This document shows positions 1 to 9,503 of a stretch of 64,000 bases of DNA, in pieces (position 1 is the first letter of the stretch; every line of letters begins with the position of its first letter). The position numbers and the translations under genes were made by a program. Origin of the DNA: an uncultured Gemmatimonadales bacterium (GTDB lineage Bacteria; Gemmatimonadota; Gemmatimonadetes; Gemmatimonadales; Gemmatimonadaceae); NCBI GenBank assembly GCA_963850905.1, contig CAWKMU010000004.1, forward strand, positions 544,001-608,000, in the 5' to 3' direction. Below the pieces are notes generated by a model. It ran no database searches, was not told the origin of the DNA, and saw only the letters and a program-made list of their open reading frames with translations.

Positions 1-507
1 GCACAGAGCCAGCCCGGAACGGAAAGCATCGAGAACACCCAGATTCGCCTCACGGACGGCAGCATCATCTTCACGCCCGATCTGTTTGGTCCCGGGATCA
101 CGGTGAACAAGCTGGATTACCAGATGACGAGCTTCAATGGCGGCATCAAGTACCGGGGCGTGGCGCTCGAGGGCGAGTTCTACAGTCGCTGGCTGAACAA
201 CTACCGGGGCACGAATATCGATGGCCTCCACACCATCAATGACGTCGGCTACCAGATGCAGTCGTCCGGGATGGCCATACAGAAGTTCCTGCAGGTATAT
301 GTCAGCGGATCGCAAATTTTCGGCAGCTACGGCAACGCGTCGGAGCTTCGCGCGGGCGCCAACTGGTACGTGATCGGTCAGCGCGGACTGCGTCTCAACG
401 CCGAATGGATTCACCTGGTCCATTCGCCGGTCGGATACCTGGCCGTGCCCTATCCCGTCGGAGGCAACGGCAATCTGTATAGCGTCGCCTTCGAGATGAA
501 CTTTTAA
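1..507 (+). CDS. Outer-membrane beta-barrel/porin-like protein, C-terminal part (5' end outside window)
   Basis: Frame is open from base 1 (AQSQPGTESIENTQIRLTDG...). Alternating aromatic/hydrophobic strands and a terminal Phe (YSVAFEMNF). Confidence 0.65.
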   Translation, partial: AQSQPGTESIENTQIRLTDGSIIFTPDLFGPGITVNKLDYQMTSFNGGIKYRGVALEGEFYSRWLNNYRGTNIDGLHTINDVGYQMQSSGMAIQKFLQVYVSGSQIFGSYGNASELRAGANWYVIGQRGLRLNAEWIHLVHSPVGYLAVPYPVGGNGNLYSVAFEMNF

Positions 508-527
508 CGCGCCCGCGGCCTGCGATA

Positions 528-1496
528 CTAACCAATGCGGAGGACGACCTTTCCAAGCACGTGTCCTTGTGCAAGCCTCTGGTGCGCCTTGGCTGCCTGC
601 CCCAGAGGATACGAGCTGTCGATGGGCACCTGCAGGCCGGCCGCATCCACCGCGCGGCTGAGGCGCCGGAACTGCGAGACGCCTGGCTCGCCATCGTACG
701 ACACGACTTTGATCCCGCGCCGCTTTCGCGGCGGCGACTCGACGCCGTTCGGGTAGGCCACCCGCCCGCCAGCGCGCAGCGCATCGAGGCAGCGCCGGAG
801 TCCCACACCTCCGGCGAGTGCCAGCACGGCATCGACCCCCGACGGTGCGAACGTCTTCGCCGCGAGCGCGATGTCTTCCTTCCGGCCATCCACAGCGGCA
901 TCCGCGCCAAGCCGCTTCACCAGCGCCACCCCGTCAGCGCCAGAGGCGGATGCGAGCACACGGGCGCCGCGAAGCTTGGCGAACTGCACGGCCAGCGTGC
1001 CGACCCCGCCCGACGCACCATGCACAATGATCGTTTCACCGCGTCGCATGTGAAGGGCGTCGTCGATCCCCTGAAGAGCCGTGAGGCCGACGGCCGCAAT
1101 GGCACCGGCTCGCCGGAGATCGAGCGTGTCGGGGATCACCGCAACGTCGTCCGCCGCGACGGCCACGTACTGCGCGTAGAACCCACCCTTCGGATTCGCG
1201 AAACCGGACCCGTAAACAAGGTCGCCGATCGCGAGCCGCCTGACGCGGGCCCCCACCGCGGCAACAATCCCCGACCCGTCCGTGCCGAGGATGAGCGGGA
1301 AGCGCGGGCGACGCCCACTCGGCCACCAGCCGGCTCGCATGTCCGCATCCCACTGGGCTACGCCGGCCGTGTCCACGCCGATCAGTACTTCGTTCGCCTG
1401 GATCGGCGGTACGGGCACCTGATGCAGCGTGAGCACCTGCGGGCGCCCAAACCGATCGATCGCAGCAGCGCGCATGGTTTCTTTCACTACAGGCAC
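528..1496 (-). CDS. NADP-dependent oxidoreductase, MDR/quinone oxidoreductase (zeta-crystallin) family
   Basis: PLILGTDGSG, IVHGASGGVG nucleotide-binding motif, C-terminal GKVVL. Confidence 0.9.
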   Translation of the reverse strand: MPVVKETMRAAAIDRFGRPQVLTLHQVPVPPIQANEVLIGVDTAGVAQWDADMRAGWWPSGRRPRFPLILGTDGSGIVAAVGARVRRLAIGDLVYGSGFANPKGGFYAQYVAVAADDVAVIPDTLDLRRAGAIAAVGLTALQGIDDALHMRRGETIIVHGASGGVGTLAVQFAKLRGARVLASASGADGVALVKRLGADAAVDGRKEDIALAAKTFAPSGVDAVLALAGGVGLRRCLDALRAGGRVAYPNGVESPPRKRRGIKVVSYDGEPGVSQFRRLSRAVDAAGLQVPIDSSYPLGQAAKAHQRLAQGHVLGKVVLRIG

Positions 1497-3367
1497 TCCC
1501 TGACGGTTTGTGCGATATGCTCGGCATCGATCCCGGCGACGCTCAAGAGCTCTGACGGCGTGCCAGAGGTCGGCATCGCGCGCACCGCCAGCTTGATCAC
1601 AGTCAGTGTTGTTTCCATCGCTCCGGCGAACGCATTAAGGACCGCATCGCCCAGCCCGCCCTCGTACCAGTGATCTTCCACTACCACGAGCCGACCTCCC
1701 GTGACCCGCGCTGCCTCATGCAACGCCTCTACATCGATCGGCTTCACCGAATACGCATCAATGACTCGCACTCGGATGCCCTCCGACTGAAGCTGTTCGT
1801 ACGCGCGCAAGCTCTCGTGCAGCGTGATACCGGCAGCGATGATCGCGACCTGATCCGCATCTGAATGCCGGACCGCCTTGCTCCCGCCAATGGCAAACGT
1901 TTCGCCAGCGGGATAGATGACCGGTGTCGCGCCGCGGGTTGCGCGCAGATAAGAGATGCCAGGCAGGTCAGCCATTGCGGCCACGAGATGTGCCGTCTGG
2001 TTGGCATCACAAGGGTACAGCACGGTGCTGCCATGAACGGCCCGCATCATCGCCAGATCTTCGAGGGCCATCTGCGATGGCCCGTCCTCCCCGATGCTCA
2101 CGCCCGGGTGCGTCCCACACAGGCGAATGGTTGCATTCGACACAGCCGCCATGCGGATTTGGTCGAAGGCGCGGCTCAAGAAGGCGGCGAAGGTCGCGGC
2201 AAATGCCCGCTTTCGCAACACGCTGAGGCCGACGGCGGCTGAGACGAGTTGTTGCTCCGCGATGTACATCTCGAAGAATCGATCGGGATAGGCTGTGTTG
2301 AACTCCTCGGTGAACGTCGAATTGGATACCTCGCCGTCGAGGACCACGACGTCCGGCCGATTCGCGCCAACCGCCACGAGCGCGTCGCCGAACGCCTTCC
2401 GGACCGCTTCTTCGCTCCCGACCTGGTACACTGGCAGCTTCAACGGCCGGCCCGGGCGTTGGGTCGACGGTTGTAGTGGCGCGGGCTGGGCGACGGCCAC
2501 AATAAGGTGACGTTCACCGCCTAGCTCCTCGATGGCTTGTTTCGCCTGGTCGCGATTGAGGGGCTTGCCATGCCACCCTTCCTTGTTCGCCACGAGCGGC
2601 ACCCCGGAGCCCTTCACCGTCTTGGCAACGATGCACGTCGGTTGCTCGGTCTGCGCGAGCGCTTCCTCGTAGGCGCCATCGATGGCGGCTGCGTCGTGGC
2701 CGTCGATCTCGATGGCGTGCCATCCGAAGGCCCGCGCACGGGCGGCGTAGACAGGTGCGTCCCAACCCAGCTCCGTGGGCCCTCGCTGACCCAAGCGGTT
2801 CATGTCCAGAATGGCGATCAGGTTGTTCAGCTTGTAATGGCCGGCCTTGTCGAACGCCTCCCAGATGGATCCTTCGGCCATCTCGCTGTCACCCAGCAAT
2901 GTCCACACGGTGAAGGGCAGCTTGTCCAGATACTTGCCACCGAGCGCCATGCCAACACCGATCGGAAGGCCCTGCCCCAAGGAACCGGTCGCGACATCCA
3001 CCCACGGCAAGCCTTGCGGCGCGCCGTGAGACTCCAGGCTCTGCAAAGGCTTCGGATGTCCTTCGAGCCGGCTGCCCAACGTCCGCAGCGACATCAGCTC
3101 TTCGTCCGTGATGACGCCGGCCGCTTTATACATCGCATAGAGCAGCGGACTAGCATGGCCCTTGGAGAAGATGAGGCGGTCGTTGTTCGGGTTGTCTGGA
3201 CGGGGCCAGTCGTATTTGAGGTATTTGGTTAGGAGCACCGCCATCAGGTCAGCGGCCGACATCGAGGATGTCGGGTGGCCCGATCCGGCCGCCGTGGTGC
3301 ACCGGATACTGTCGACCCTGAGTTGGCTTCCCAACTCCCGGATGCGCTGCACGTCGTCCACGACCAT
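1487..3367 (-). CDS. tkt: Transketolase
   Basis: SGHPTSSMS, SKGHA, ATGSLGQG, ThDP motif GDSEMAEGSIWEA...N, IGEDGPSQM. Confidence 0.95.
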   Translation of the reverse strand: MVVDDVQRIRELGSQLRVDSIRCTTAAGSGHPTSSMSAADLMAVLLTKYLKYDWPRPDNPNNDRLIFSKGHASPLLYAMYKAAGVITDEELMSLRTLGSRLEGHPKPLQSLESHGAPQGLPWVDVATGSLGQGLPIGVGMALGGKYLDKLPFTVWTLLGDSEMAEGSIWEAFDKAGHYKLNNLIAILDMNRLGQRGPTELGWDAPVYAARARAFGWHAIEIDGHDAAAIDGAYEEALAQTEQPTCIVAKTVKGSGVPLVANKEGWHGKPLNRDQAKQAIEELGGERHLIVAVAQPAPLQPSTQRPGRPLKLPVYQVGSEEAVRKAFGDALVAVGANRPDVVVLDGEVSNSTFTEEFNTAYPDRFFEMYIAEQQLVSAAVGLSVLRKRAFAATFAAFLSRAFDQIRMAAVSNATIRLCGTHPGVSIGEDGPSQMALEDLAMMRAVHGSTVLYPCDANQTAHLVAAMADLPGISYLRATRGATPVIYPAGETFAIGGSKAVRHSDADQVAIIAAGITLHESLRAYEQLQSEGIRVRVIDAYSVKPIDVEALHEAARVTGGRLVVVEDHWYEGGLGDAVLNAFAGAMETTLTVIKLAVRAMPTSGTPSELLSVAGIDAEHIAQTVRECL

Positions 3368-3449
3368 GCTCCTTCCCTCGGGAATGGACCCGTCGATTCA
3401 AGGGAACGGGATGCGCATGAAGTTGGCCAACAAGGCTTGCGAAACGCCG

Positions 3450-5015
3450 CTATTGCGCGGCAAATGCCTTGCCGCGGACCGTCGCGTAAACCGAATCGAA
3501 GACCCTGAGTCTGTTGATATTCGCCACACCACCGATCACGATCGGATTGGCGAGATACAGGACCCTGCCATCCGCGCTCGTGAATGCCGGCCAGGGCGGC
3601 AGGCCCGGTCCGTTCGGATCACCCGATCGCGCAAAGTTTACCCAATAGCTGGACATTTCCTCGGCCAGGTTCCGGTCTGCGGCGCTCCAGTGCCACGGCT
3701 CCTGTTCCAAATGGTCGAAGACGTACCAGAGTTCAGCGAAGTGGCTCGCGCCCCAGCCCTCGTACACCGAGCCAACCGGAAATGGCGGCCGCTGTCTGAA
3801 CGAGTAGTAGTAGACCTGGCTCTTCCCCGTTCCGGCCTGCAACCTCGCCCAGGCCCACATGTCCCAGCCGAAGCGGAGGTCGCGCTCGAGATCGAGCCGC
3901 GCCTGCCGTGCCTCGTCGTCGGTCCCAAACGGATACGCGGCGACAAGAGGAGCCGGCAGCTCGCCCCAGCTGTGCGTCAAGTCGCTCCGGAAGGTTGCGG
4001 CCTTCACCTGAGCAACATCCACCAACGAACGCGCCTCATCGGCGTTCGAACCGACAAGCACCGCGACATCGTTCCGTTGCCCTGAAGCGAAGGCTTCGTA
4101 GGGTGTGACGGGAAGCACCCAGGGCTCGATCACCGGATGGCTGACCTCGCCGGCGTTGCCGCCAAGCAGGGTCGCCGCCGGCAATTCTCGGAGTTGCTGG
4201 AGCGAGGTCACTCCCAGCGAAGCCGCGTACTTCTCACCGTCGCGTTCCGCATTGGTTAGCAGGTACGCTGGTGCGAGCTGGATCGGCTCAAAGAGACCAC
4301 CGCTCTCGCCGATGGCGCGCTGAAACAGCCCCTTCGCGAGGGGCGAGGCCATCAGAATGCTGACCGATATCGCCCCGGAGGATTGACCGGCGATGGTGAC
4401 GCGTTTCGGGTCGCCGCCAAACGCCGCGATGTTCCTCTGAATCCATTGCAGGGCGGCGAGCTGGTCCATCAGTCCATAGTTCCCTGACGAGCGGTGCGTC
4501 GATTCACGGGTCAACTCCGGGTGTGCAAGAAAGCCAAGGGGACCCAGTCGATAGGCGATGGTGACAGCGATCACGCCTTTGTGGGCGAGGCGGTCGCCCC
4601 AATAGAGGGGCATCGAAGCGGATCCATTGCGGTAGGCTCCCCCATAGATCCAAACGATCACGGGAAGTTGCGCATGCGCGCGGCTCGCCGGAGTCCAGAT
4701 GTTGAGGTACAGGCAGTCCTCGTTGACCACCGGCGGCGCCTCGCCGGGCATGGATACACCACGCTGCATACACGCGGGGGCAAACGCATCGGCCTTTCGA
4801 GTGCCAGACCAGGCTGCGACACGTGCGGGCGGTCGCCACCGCAAATCACCGACCGGAGGAGCGGCGAACGGCACACCTTTGTAGACGTTCACGCCGCTGT
4901 GGCGTGCTCCGGATATCGCGCCGCCCTCTGTCCGCACCGTCTGTGCGCGAGGAGAGGAAGTGCAAAGAAGGCTCGAGAGACTCAGCGCCAAACCCGTCGT
5001 TATCGGAGATCTCAT
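3450..5015 (-). CDS. Secreted carboxylesterase/lipase, type-B (pNB esterase-like)
   Basis: YKGVPFAAPPVGDLRWRPP, EDCLYLNIW, GQSSG nucleophile motif. ATG 5015 gives a signal-peptide-like N-terminus. Confidence 0.92.
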   Translation of the reverse strand: MRSPITTGLALSLSSLLCTSSPRAQTVRTEGGAISGARHSGVNVYKGVPFAAPPVGDLRWRPPARVAAWSGTRKADAFAPACMQRGVSMPGEAPPVVNEDCLYLNIWTPASRAHAQLPVIVWIYGGAYRNGSASMPLYWGDRLAHKGVIAVTIAYRLGPLGFLAHPELTRESTHRSSGNYGLMDQLAALQWIQRNIAAFGGDPKRVTIAGQSSGAISVSILMASPLAKGLFQRAIGESGGLFEPIQLAPAYLLTNAERDGEKYAASLGVTSLQQLRELPAATLLGGNAGEVSHPVIEPWVLPVTPYEAFASGQRNDVAVLVGSNADEARSLVDVAQVKAATFRSDLTHSWGELPAPLVAAYPFGTDDEARQARLDLERDLRFGWDMWAWARLQAGTGKSQVYYYSFRQRPPFPVGSVYEGWGASHFAELWYVFDHLEQEPWHWSAADRNLAEEMSSYWVNFARSGDPNGPGLPPWPAFTSADGRVLYLANPIVIGGVANINRLRVFDSVYATVRGKAFAAQ

Positions 5016-5067
5016 GTCCCAGGGTACGGCGGGACGCACGCGATTGTTTCGGCGCAGCCGATCGATC

Positions 5068-6909
5068 TCAGTGTGCCGACCCAACTCCATTGTGGACGAT
5101 GAACAGCCCGTCCGGATCGTATTTCTTCTTGATTTGGGCGAGACGCGGATAGTTGCTGCCCCAGTACGCGTGCTCGAAGTCCTTCTCGAAGTAGTTGCTC
5201 TCGCTCACGTACGCGCCCGTGTCTCCTGTGACGGCTCGAAGTTGATCGACAGAGCGATCAATGCGCTGCGCAGCTCGTCGCCCTTCCTCAATCGACGGCT
5301 CGAACCCCGCAATTCCCGGATAGGCGGGTCCTTGACCATCAGCCACGATCGCCAATGCGAAAGCGGTGAGGACTGAAGGATTCGTCGCGGTGTCTTTCGC
5401 CGCGGCGAGGACGTCGCTCGGCGCGCCCGCCAATCCCTTGTTGAAGTGCAATTCCACACCTGACTGGCGAGACGCGCCAAATAATGCATCAGCGAGGCGC
5501 TGTTGAGAGTCGCCTTCAAGCAACGACGCTGGCAGCCACAGCGACTCGTAACCCCAGATGAACCATCCCACTTGCCCGCCGTCCCCTTTCCACCACGCAT
5601 TATTGGGTCCGGCACCCGGCCGATCGTCCAACGTGAAGATAGGCTGCGCCAGGTGTGCCAGCAGGTGATCGAAGAGTCCGATGAACGGGTTCGAGTTGGG
5701 GAAGGCCGTCTCGGGCCAATGCGCTTTCCACCATTGCACGTCCCACATGTGCTGCGCGGGCCAGCTCCCGATAGTCACCCTCGATTTAATCGAATACAGG
5801 TTGGGCGAACGCGTGGCCCAGTCCAGGAAGGGCTGCCACGTTTTCTTCGCCTCGTCAGTGTCTAATCCTTGAGAGAGCATCGCGATCTCGAGCGTGTTGT
5901 CGGAATGCACGCGTGCCTGCTCTCCCCAATGCTCGTTGAAGAGATGCTCGCGATAGAAGCTCAGGAACTCTCGGATGAGGCGTCGATAGGCATCATCGGA
6001 TGCCGCTTTGATCGCGAAGCTGGCGGCACCGAAGAATTCGGGAAGATCGTGCAGCCTGAGCGTGAGGCTGCTCACGACACCGAAGGTGCCCCCTCCGCCC
6101 CCTTTCAGTGCCCAGAACAGATCAGGATTTGTGCACGCATTCGCGATTCGCACCGTGCCATCGGCAGTGACGACTTCGGCTTGCAACAGGCTCGCTGCGG
6201 CAGTGCCGTAGTGCTTCGAGTGGCTACCAAAGCCGCCGCCTTGAACGAGTCCGGCCACGCCCACCGTCGTGCAGCCTCCGCCTTGCACGTATTTCCCACC
6301 CTGCGTCGTCACAGCCTGGTAGGCCTGCATCCAGATCGTTCCGGCGCCAAGCGTGACCGCGGGTTGTGGCTGCATCGCGCGTTCGCATCCTTGCGGAACG
6401 AATGCGCTGTGCATGGCGATGGCGTGCATATGCCTGGTCCAAACGAGAAGCGAGTTGGGTGCGTTGGAAGTCCCCTGATAGCTGTGGCCGCCCCCTTTCA
6501 CGACGAGCCGAACGTTGTTTTCGCGGGCGAATCTGACCGCTTCGGCAATATCGTTGGCATGTCGTGCCGCGACCGCGTACACGCTCGGTTTGGTAGCCCA
6601 CGCATCGACCCATCCCAGAGTCTGCGTGAGGCCAGGCTGATCGCCCACGTAATATGGATTGCCCAGATCCTTGATGAGACGGGTGGCTGCGGCACCTGTG
6701 GGATCCGTTTTCAATATGGAAAGCGGAAAGTCGATGGGAATCAGATTGCCACCGACCGCATCGTTGAGACGCTTCCATGCCGCGTCCGATGGCCACCCGG
6801 CACGGGTGGACCGGCGCAGGCGAAACCGCTGACTCGACCACAGGTGGCGTGACAGGATCGGGGGCAGAGCGCCCCATCCCAGCGCCTGCAAGAAGAGTCG
6901 TCTGTTCAT
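5068..6909 (-). CDS. FAD-linked oxidoreductase (FAD_binding_4 + BBE domain), possible Tat substrate
   Basis: VKGGGHSY flavinylation motif, GGGCTTVG, YWGSNYPRL..KYDP BBE tail. MNRRLFL twin-Arg start at 6909. Confidence 0.9.
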   Translation of the reverse strand: MNRRLFLQALGWGALPPILSRHLWSSQRFRLRRSTRAGWPSDAAWKRLNDAVGGNLIPIDFPLSILKTDPTGAAATRLIKDLGNPYYVGDQPGLTQTLGWVDAWATKPSVYAVAARHANDIAEAVRFARENNVRLVVKGGGHSYQGTSNAPNSLLVWTRHMHAIAMHSAFVPQGCERAMQPQPAVTLGAGTIWMQAYQAVTTQGGKYVQGGGCTTVGVAGLVQGGGFGSHSKHYGTAAASLLQAEVVTADGTVRIANACTNPDLFWALKGGGGGTFGVVSSLTLRLHDLPEFFGAASFAIKAASDDAYRRLIREFLSFYREHLFNEHWGEQARVHSDNTLEIAMLSQGLDTDEAKKTWQPFLDWATRSPNLYSIKSRVTIGSWPAQHMWDVQWWKAHWPETAFPNSNPFIGLFDHLLAHLAQPIFTLDDRPGAGPNNAWWKGDGGQVGWFIWGYESLWLPASLLEGDSQQRLADALFGASRQSGVELHFNKGLAGAPSDVLAAAKDTATNPSVLTAFALAIVADGQGPAYPGIAGFEPSIEEGRRAAQRIDRSVDQLRAVTGDTGAYVSESNYFEKDFEHAYWGSNYPRLAQIKKKYDPDGLFIVHNGVGSAH

Positions 6910-7354
6910 GGAGGCTGGACCTTCGCCGATTCGAGTAGTGAATGCCGAAGTCGCCGAGAGATGCGGCCATGCCAGCGCACGCGTGGTGAGTGAGTATACT
7001 CGCCCAGCTCGAATTGTGTATTGAGACCACCCTGCGCGACTGGGGGCGGCGCAGCCGATCGGAGGGGACGCTCGCGGCACCGGTGGTGGTAAAGGGCTAA
7101 CCCGTCAGACGAGCTCGCATGCGTTGTATGCTACTTGACTGCTTACAGTTTCATTTGGCAATATCGTAATATGCGTAATTACACTGGTGCTCCATTATAT
7201 TGCGTTGTGTGACCGATCGCGTGTCCCGGACCCATCCCTGCGTCTTGGTGCTTGGACTCGAGGCGAGCGGTTGTCGCCGTTCGCCGAGAACGCAGGGTTG
7301 CGGTGATCCGACAGCGGCGCGCGCCACAACACTACGATCACGAGGGAGTCGTTT

Positions 7355-7864
7355 GTGAGTGAATCGAATCAGGACCACGCCGCGAAGCTGAGCGACCAAC
7401 TCTGCTTCGACCTGTACGCGGCCGCACGGGCGGTCACCCGTGCCTATGGGCCAGCCCTCGCCGCTGTGGGGCTCACCTACCCACAGTACCTGGTCATGAC
7501 CACACTATGGCAGCACGCCCCGCGCACGGTGAAGGAGCTGGGGCAGAGGCTCGATCTCGACTCCGGCACGCTGTCGCCGCTTCTCAAGCGACTCGAGTCG
7601 GCTGGTCTGGTGACCCGCCACCGCCGCCCCGATGACGAGCGCACAGTCGAGATCGCCCCGACGGCCAAAGGACGCGCGCTGGTCCGCGACGCTGCCGGCG
7701 TGCCGAGGGCGATGGCCGGCGCGATGGGGATCTCGGCTCAGGAAGCGAGACGCACCCGCGCCATATTGGGAAAACTGATCGCGTCCCTCGGGCGCACCCC
7801 GGACGACGAAGCGACTCTCGTGGCGGAGGCCGGCGACGCATCCCCGCGCCGTGCGGCCTCGTGA
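7355..7864 (+). CDS. MarR family regulator, OhrR-like (single Cys)
   Basis: LSDQLCFDLYAA, GLTYPQYLV, LDSGTLSPLLKRLE, DER motifs typical of OhrR. Confidence 0.9.
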   Translation: MSESNQDHAAKLSDQLCFDLYAAARAVTRAYGPALAAVGLTYPQYLVMTTLWQHAPRTVKELGQRLDLDSGTLSPLLKRLESAGLVTRHRRPDDERTVEIAPTAKGRALVRDAAGVPRAMAGAMGISAQEARRTRAILGKLIASLGRTPDDEATLVAEAGDASPRRAAS

Positions 7865-8090
7865 TTGGCCACCTCGTCGCCACTGGTTGGCCTGTCCGCT
7901 TTGTTGTCGTGCCGGTGCTCCTCGTCGGGCTCCTCGTGACACGGTGGCTGCTGCGCCGAACGCGATCGCCGGCCGGCTGGCGCGCCCCGTCCGTTTGACG
8001 AGCGTTTGCGCGGCAGACGGCGTGGCAGAGCCGCTCGACCGCGGCCACGACGGTCGCGGCCGCTTACGCCACCGTTCGGCTTAGGCTCTA

Positions 8091-8594
8091 TTATCGGGCC
8101 GCACGTCGCGTGCGGCCATCCTCTGCGCCTTCGGTCGTCTGGTCGGCGCGCCGGGCGAGCGACGTCGTCACTTCTTTCAAAAGGGCGCGGAGCCGCTGGC
8201 CCGCGTCCGCCGTCAGACCCATGGCGGACGCCATCTTGGTCGGCACGCCTGCCGCCTCGCGCAGGAGCGCGGTTCCCTTCAATGTCAGGGCGACCTCGAC
8301 CGCGCGCTCATCCTCCTGGCGCCGGCCGCGGGTGACCAGGCCGGATGCGTCCAGTCGCTTGAGGAGCGGCGACAGGGTGCCCGAATCGAGCTCTAGTCGG
8401 TCGCCAAGCTCGGTGACAGTGCGCGGCGCGCGCTGGCGCAGCGCCACCATGACCAGGTACTGCGGGTAGGTCAGCCCCAGCGACGACAGGAGCGGCCGAT
8501 AGGCGCGTGTAACGGCCCGCCCCGTAGCACAGAGATCGAAACACAGGCTCTCGCTCAGGTCGGCTGCCTCTACTATGTGCTTCAGATTTACCAC
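8091..8594 (-). CDS. MarR family regulator, OhrR-like paralog
   Basis: LSESLCFDLCATG, GLTYPQYLV, LDSGTLSPLLKRL. GTG 8594 is preceded by GAGAGG. Confidence 0.88.
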   Translation of the reverse strand: MVNLKHIVEAADLSESLCFDLCATGRAVTRAYRPLLSSLGLTYPQYLVMVALRQRAPRTVTELGDRLELDSGTLSPLLKRLDASGLVTRGRRQEDERAVEVALTLKGTALLREAAGVPTKMASAMGLTADAGQRLRALLKEVTTSLARRADQTTEGAEDGRTRRAAR

Positions 8595-8760
8595 GGATGA
8601 CCTCTCGTCAATCGAGACGACTGGAGCGTCGGAGGAGCTGCGCTCGCCCGCGTACCTGCGAGCCATCGGGCGACTCCGTGGCGGCGCGTCACCGGCGACC
8701 CCTGCTAGCGCTCGCTCCGCGGCGGCGCCTTGGTGGGCGCTCGTCGCAGACGCTTGACCT

Positions 8761-8788
8761 ATAATATAACGATCAATCAAGTTGTCAA
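8761..8788 (-). promoter_or_regulatory. Putative sigma70 promoter for the minus-strand MarR gene
   Basis: Minus strand TTGACA (8788-8783), N16, TATTAT (8766-8761). Confidence 0.55.
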
Positions 8789-8798
8789 TGATTGTCTA

Positions 8799-8827
8799 TT
8801 GACAATTTCATTTGTACACGATAGAAT
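8799..8827 (+). promoter_or_regulatory. sigma70 promoter with overlapping OhrR-like operator
   Basis: TTGACA (8799-8804), N17, TAGAAT (8822-8827). TTTGTACACGAT at 8811-8822. Confidence 0.7.
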
Positions 8828-8911
8828 AGTACACCAAGGGATTGGAGGTGGCGGCGCCCGATCGACTCCCGCGCCACCGCCCTCACCACACTCCCCGCTC
8901 CAGGAGGTCGT

Positions 8912-9409
8912 ATGCTCGCCCGACGGCACGTTCAAACCATGGTGACGCTCACGGCGCTGGCCGCGATCGCAGCGTGTAACCCGTTCGCCACCAAACCGAA
9001 GGTCGGCCAGATTGATCCTGAGAACTCCTCCGCCAACTTGGGATGGAATGCGACGCTGTCGACGCCCGGTGGCATGACGGGAGCAGTCGACCTCCACGGT
9101 ACTGCAACGCTCGTCTCACATGGCTCCGGCAAGAGCGTCGCGACCATAGCAATCAGCAACGCGGCGCCGAGCGGCGTGCACCCGTGGCACGTGTATCAGG
9201 GGCAATGCGGCGATAATGGCGCTGTCGTCGGCTCGGCGACCGCGTACCCGCCGCTCAACGTCAATGGGGCTGGGACCGCGACCGCGATGGCGACGTTGCC
9301 ACTCGAGCTCCCCACCTCAGGTACCTACTACGTCGCCGTGAATGCGTCGGCAGCCAACATGCAGACGGTTTTGGCCTGCGGAAATTTGGCACCGCCGAAC
9401 GCCGGCTAA
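8912..9409 (+). CDS. Lipoprotein, Cu/Zn-SOD/CHRD-like fold, metal ligands apparently degenerate
   Basis: Lipobox IAAC, HPWHVYQGQCG, C-terminal LACGNL. RBS AGGAGG. Confidence 0.7.
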   Translation: MLARRHVQTMVTLTALAAIAACNPFATKPKVGQIDPENSSANLGWNATLSTPGGMTGAVDLHGTATLVSHGSGKSVATIAISNAAPSGVHPWHVYQGQCGDNGAVVGSATAYPPLNVNGAGTATAMATLPLELPTSGTYYVAVNASAANMQTVLACGNLAPPNAG

Positions 9410-9503
9410 CGCCACGCGCACGCCGGCGTGGATCGCTGATCCAGTGCTGACCTCACGCCGGCTGGGCCGTGTACCAGCCGGCGGTGAGCGCCGGAGCCAG
9501 ACG

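Noticed and set aside
561..1673. Long antisense ORFs (e.g. 561-1673, 13911-15035, 43134-44429, 59638-61188)
   Set aside because: Shadow frames of well-supported genes, expected in high-GC DNA; no motifs.
7135..7215. Fourth copy of the promoter/operator architecture upstream of the first MarR
   Set aside because: AT-rich with TTGACT, but the -10 box and 12-mer do not match in register.
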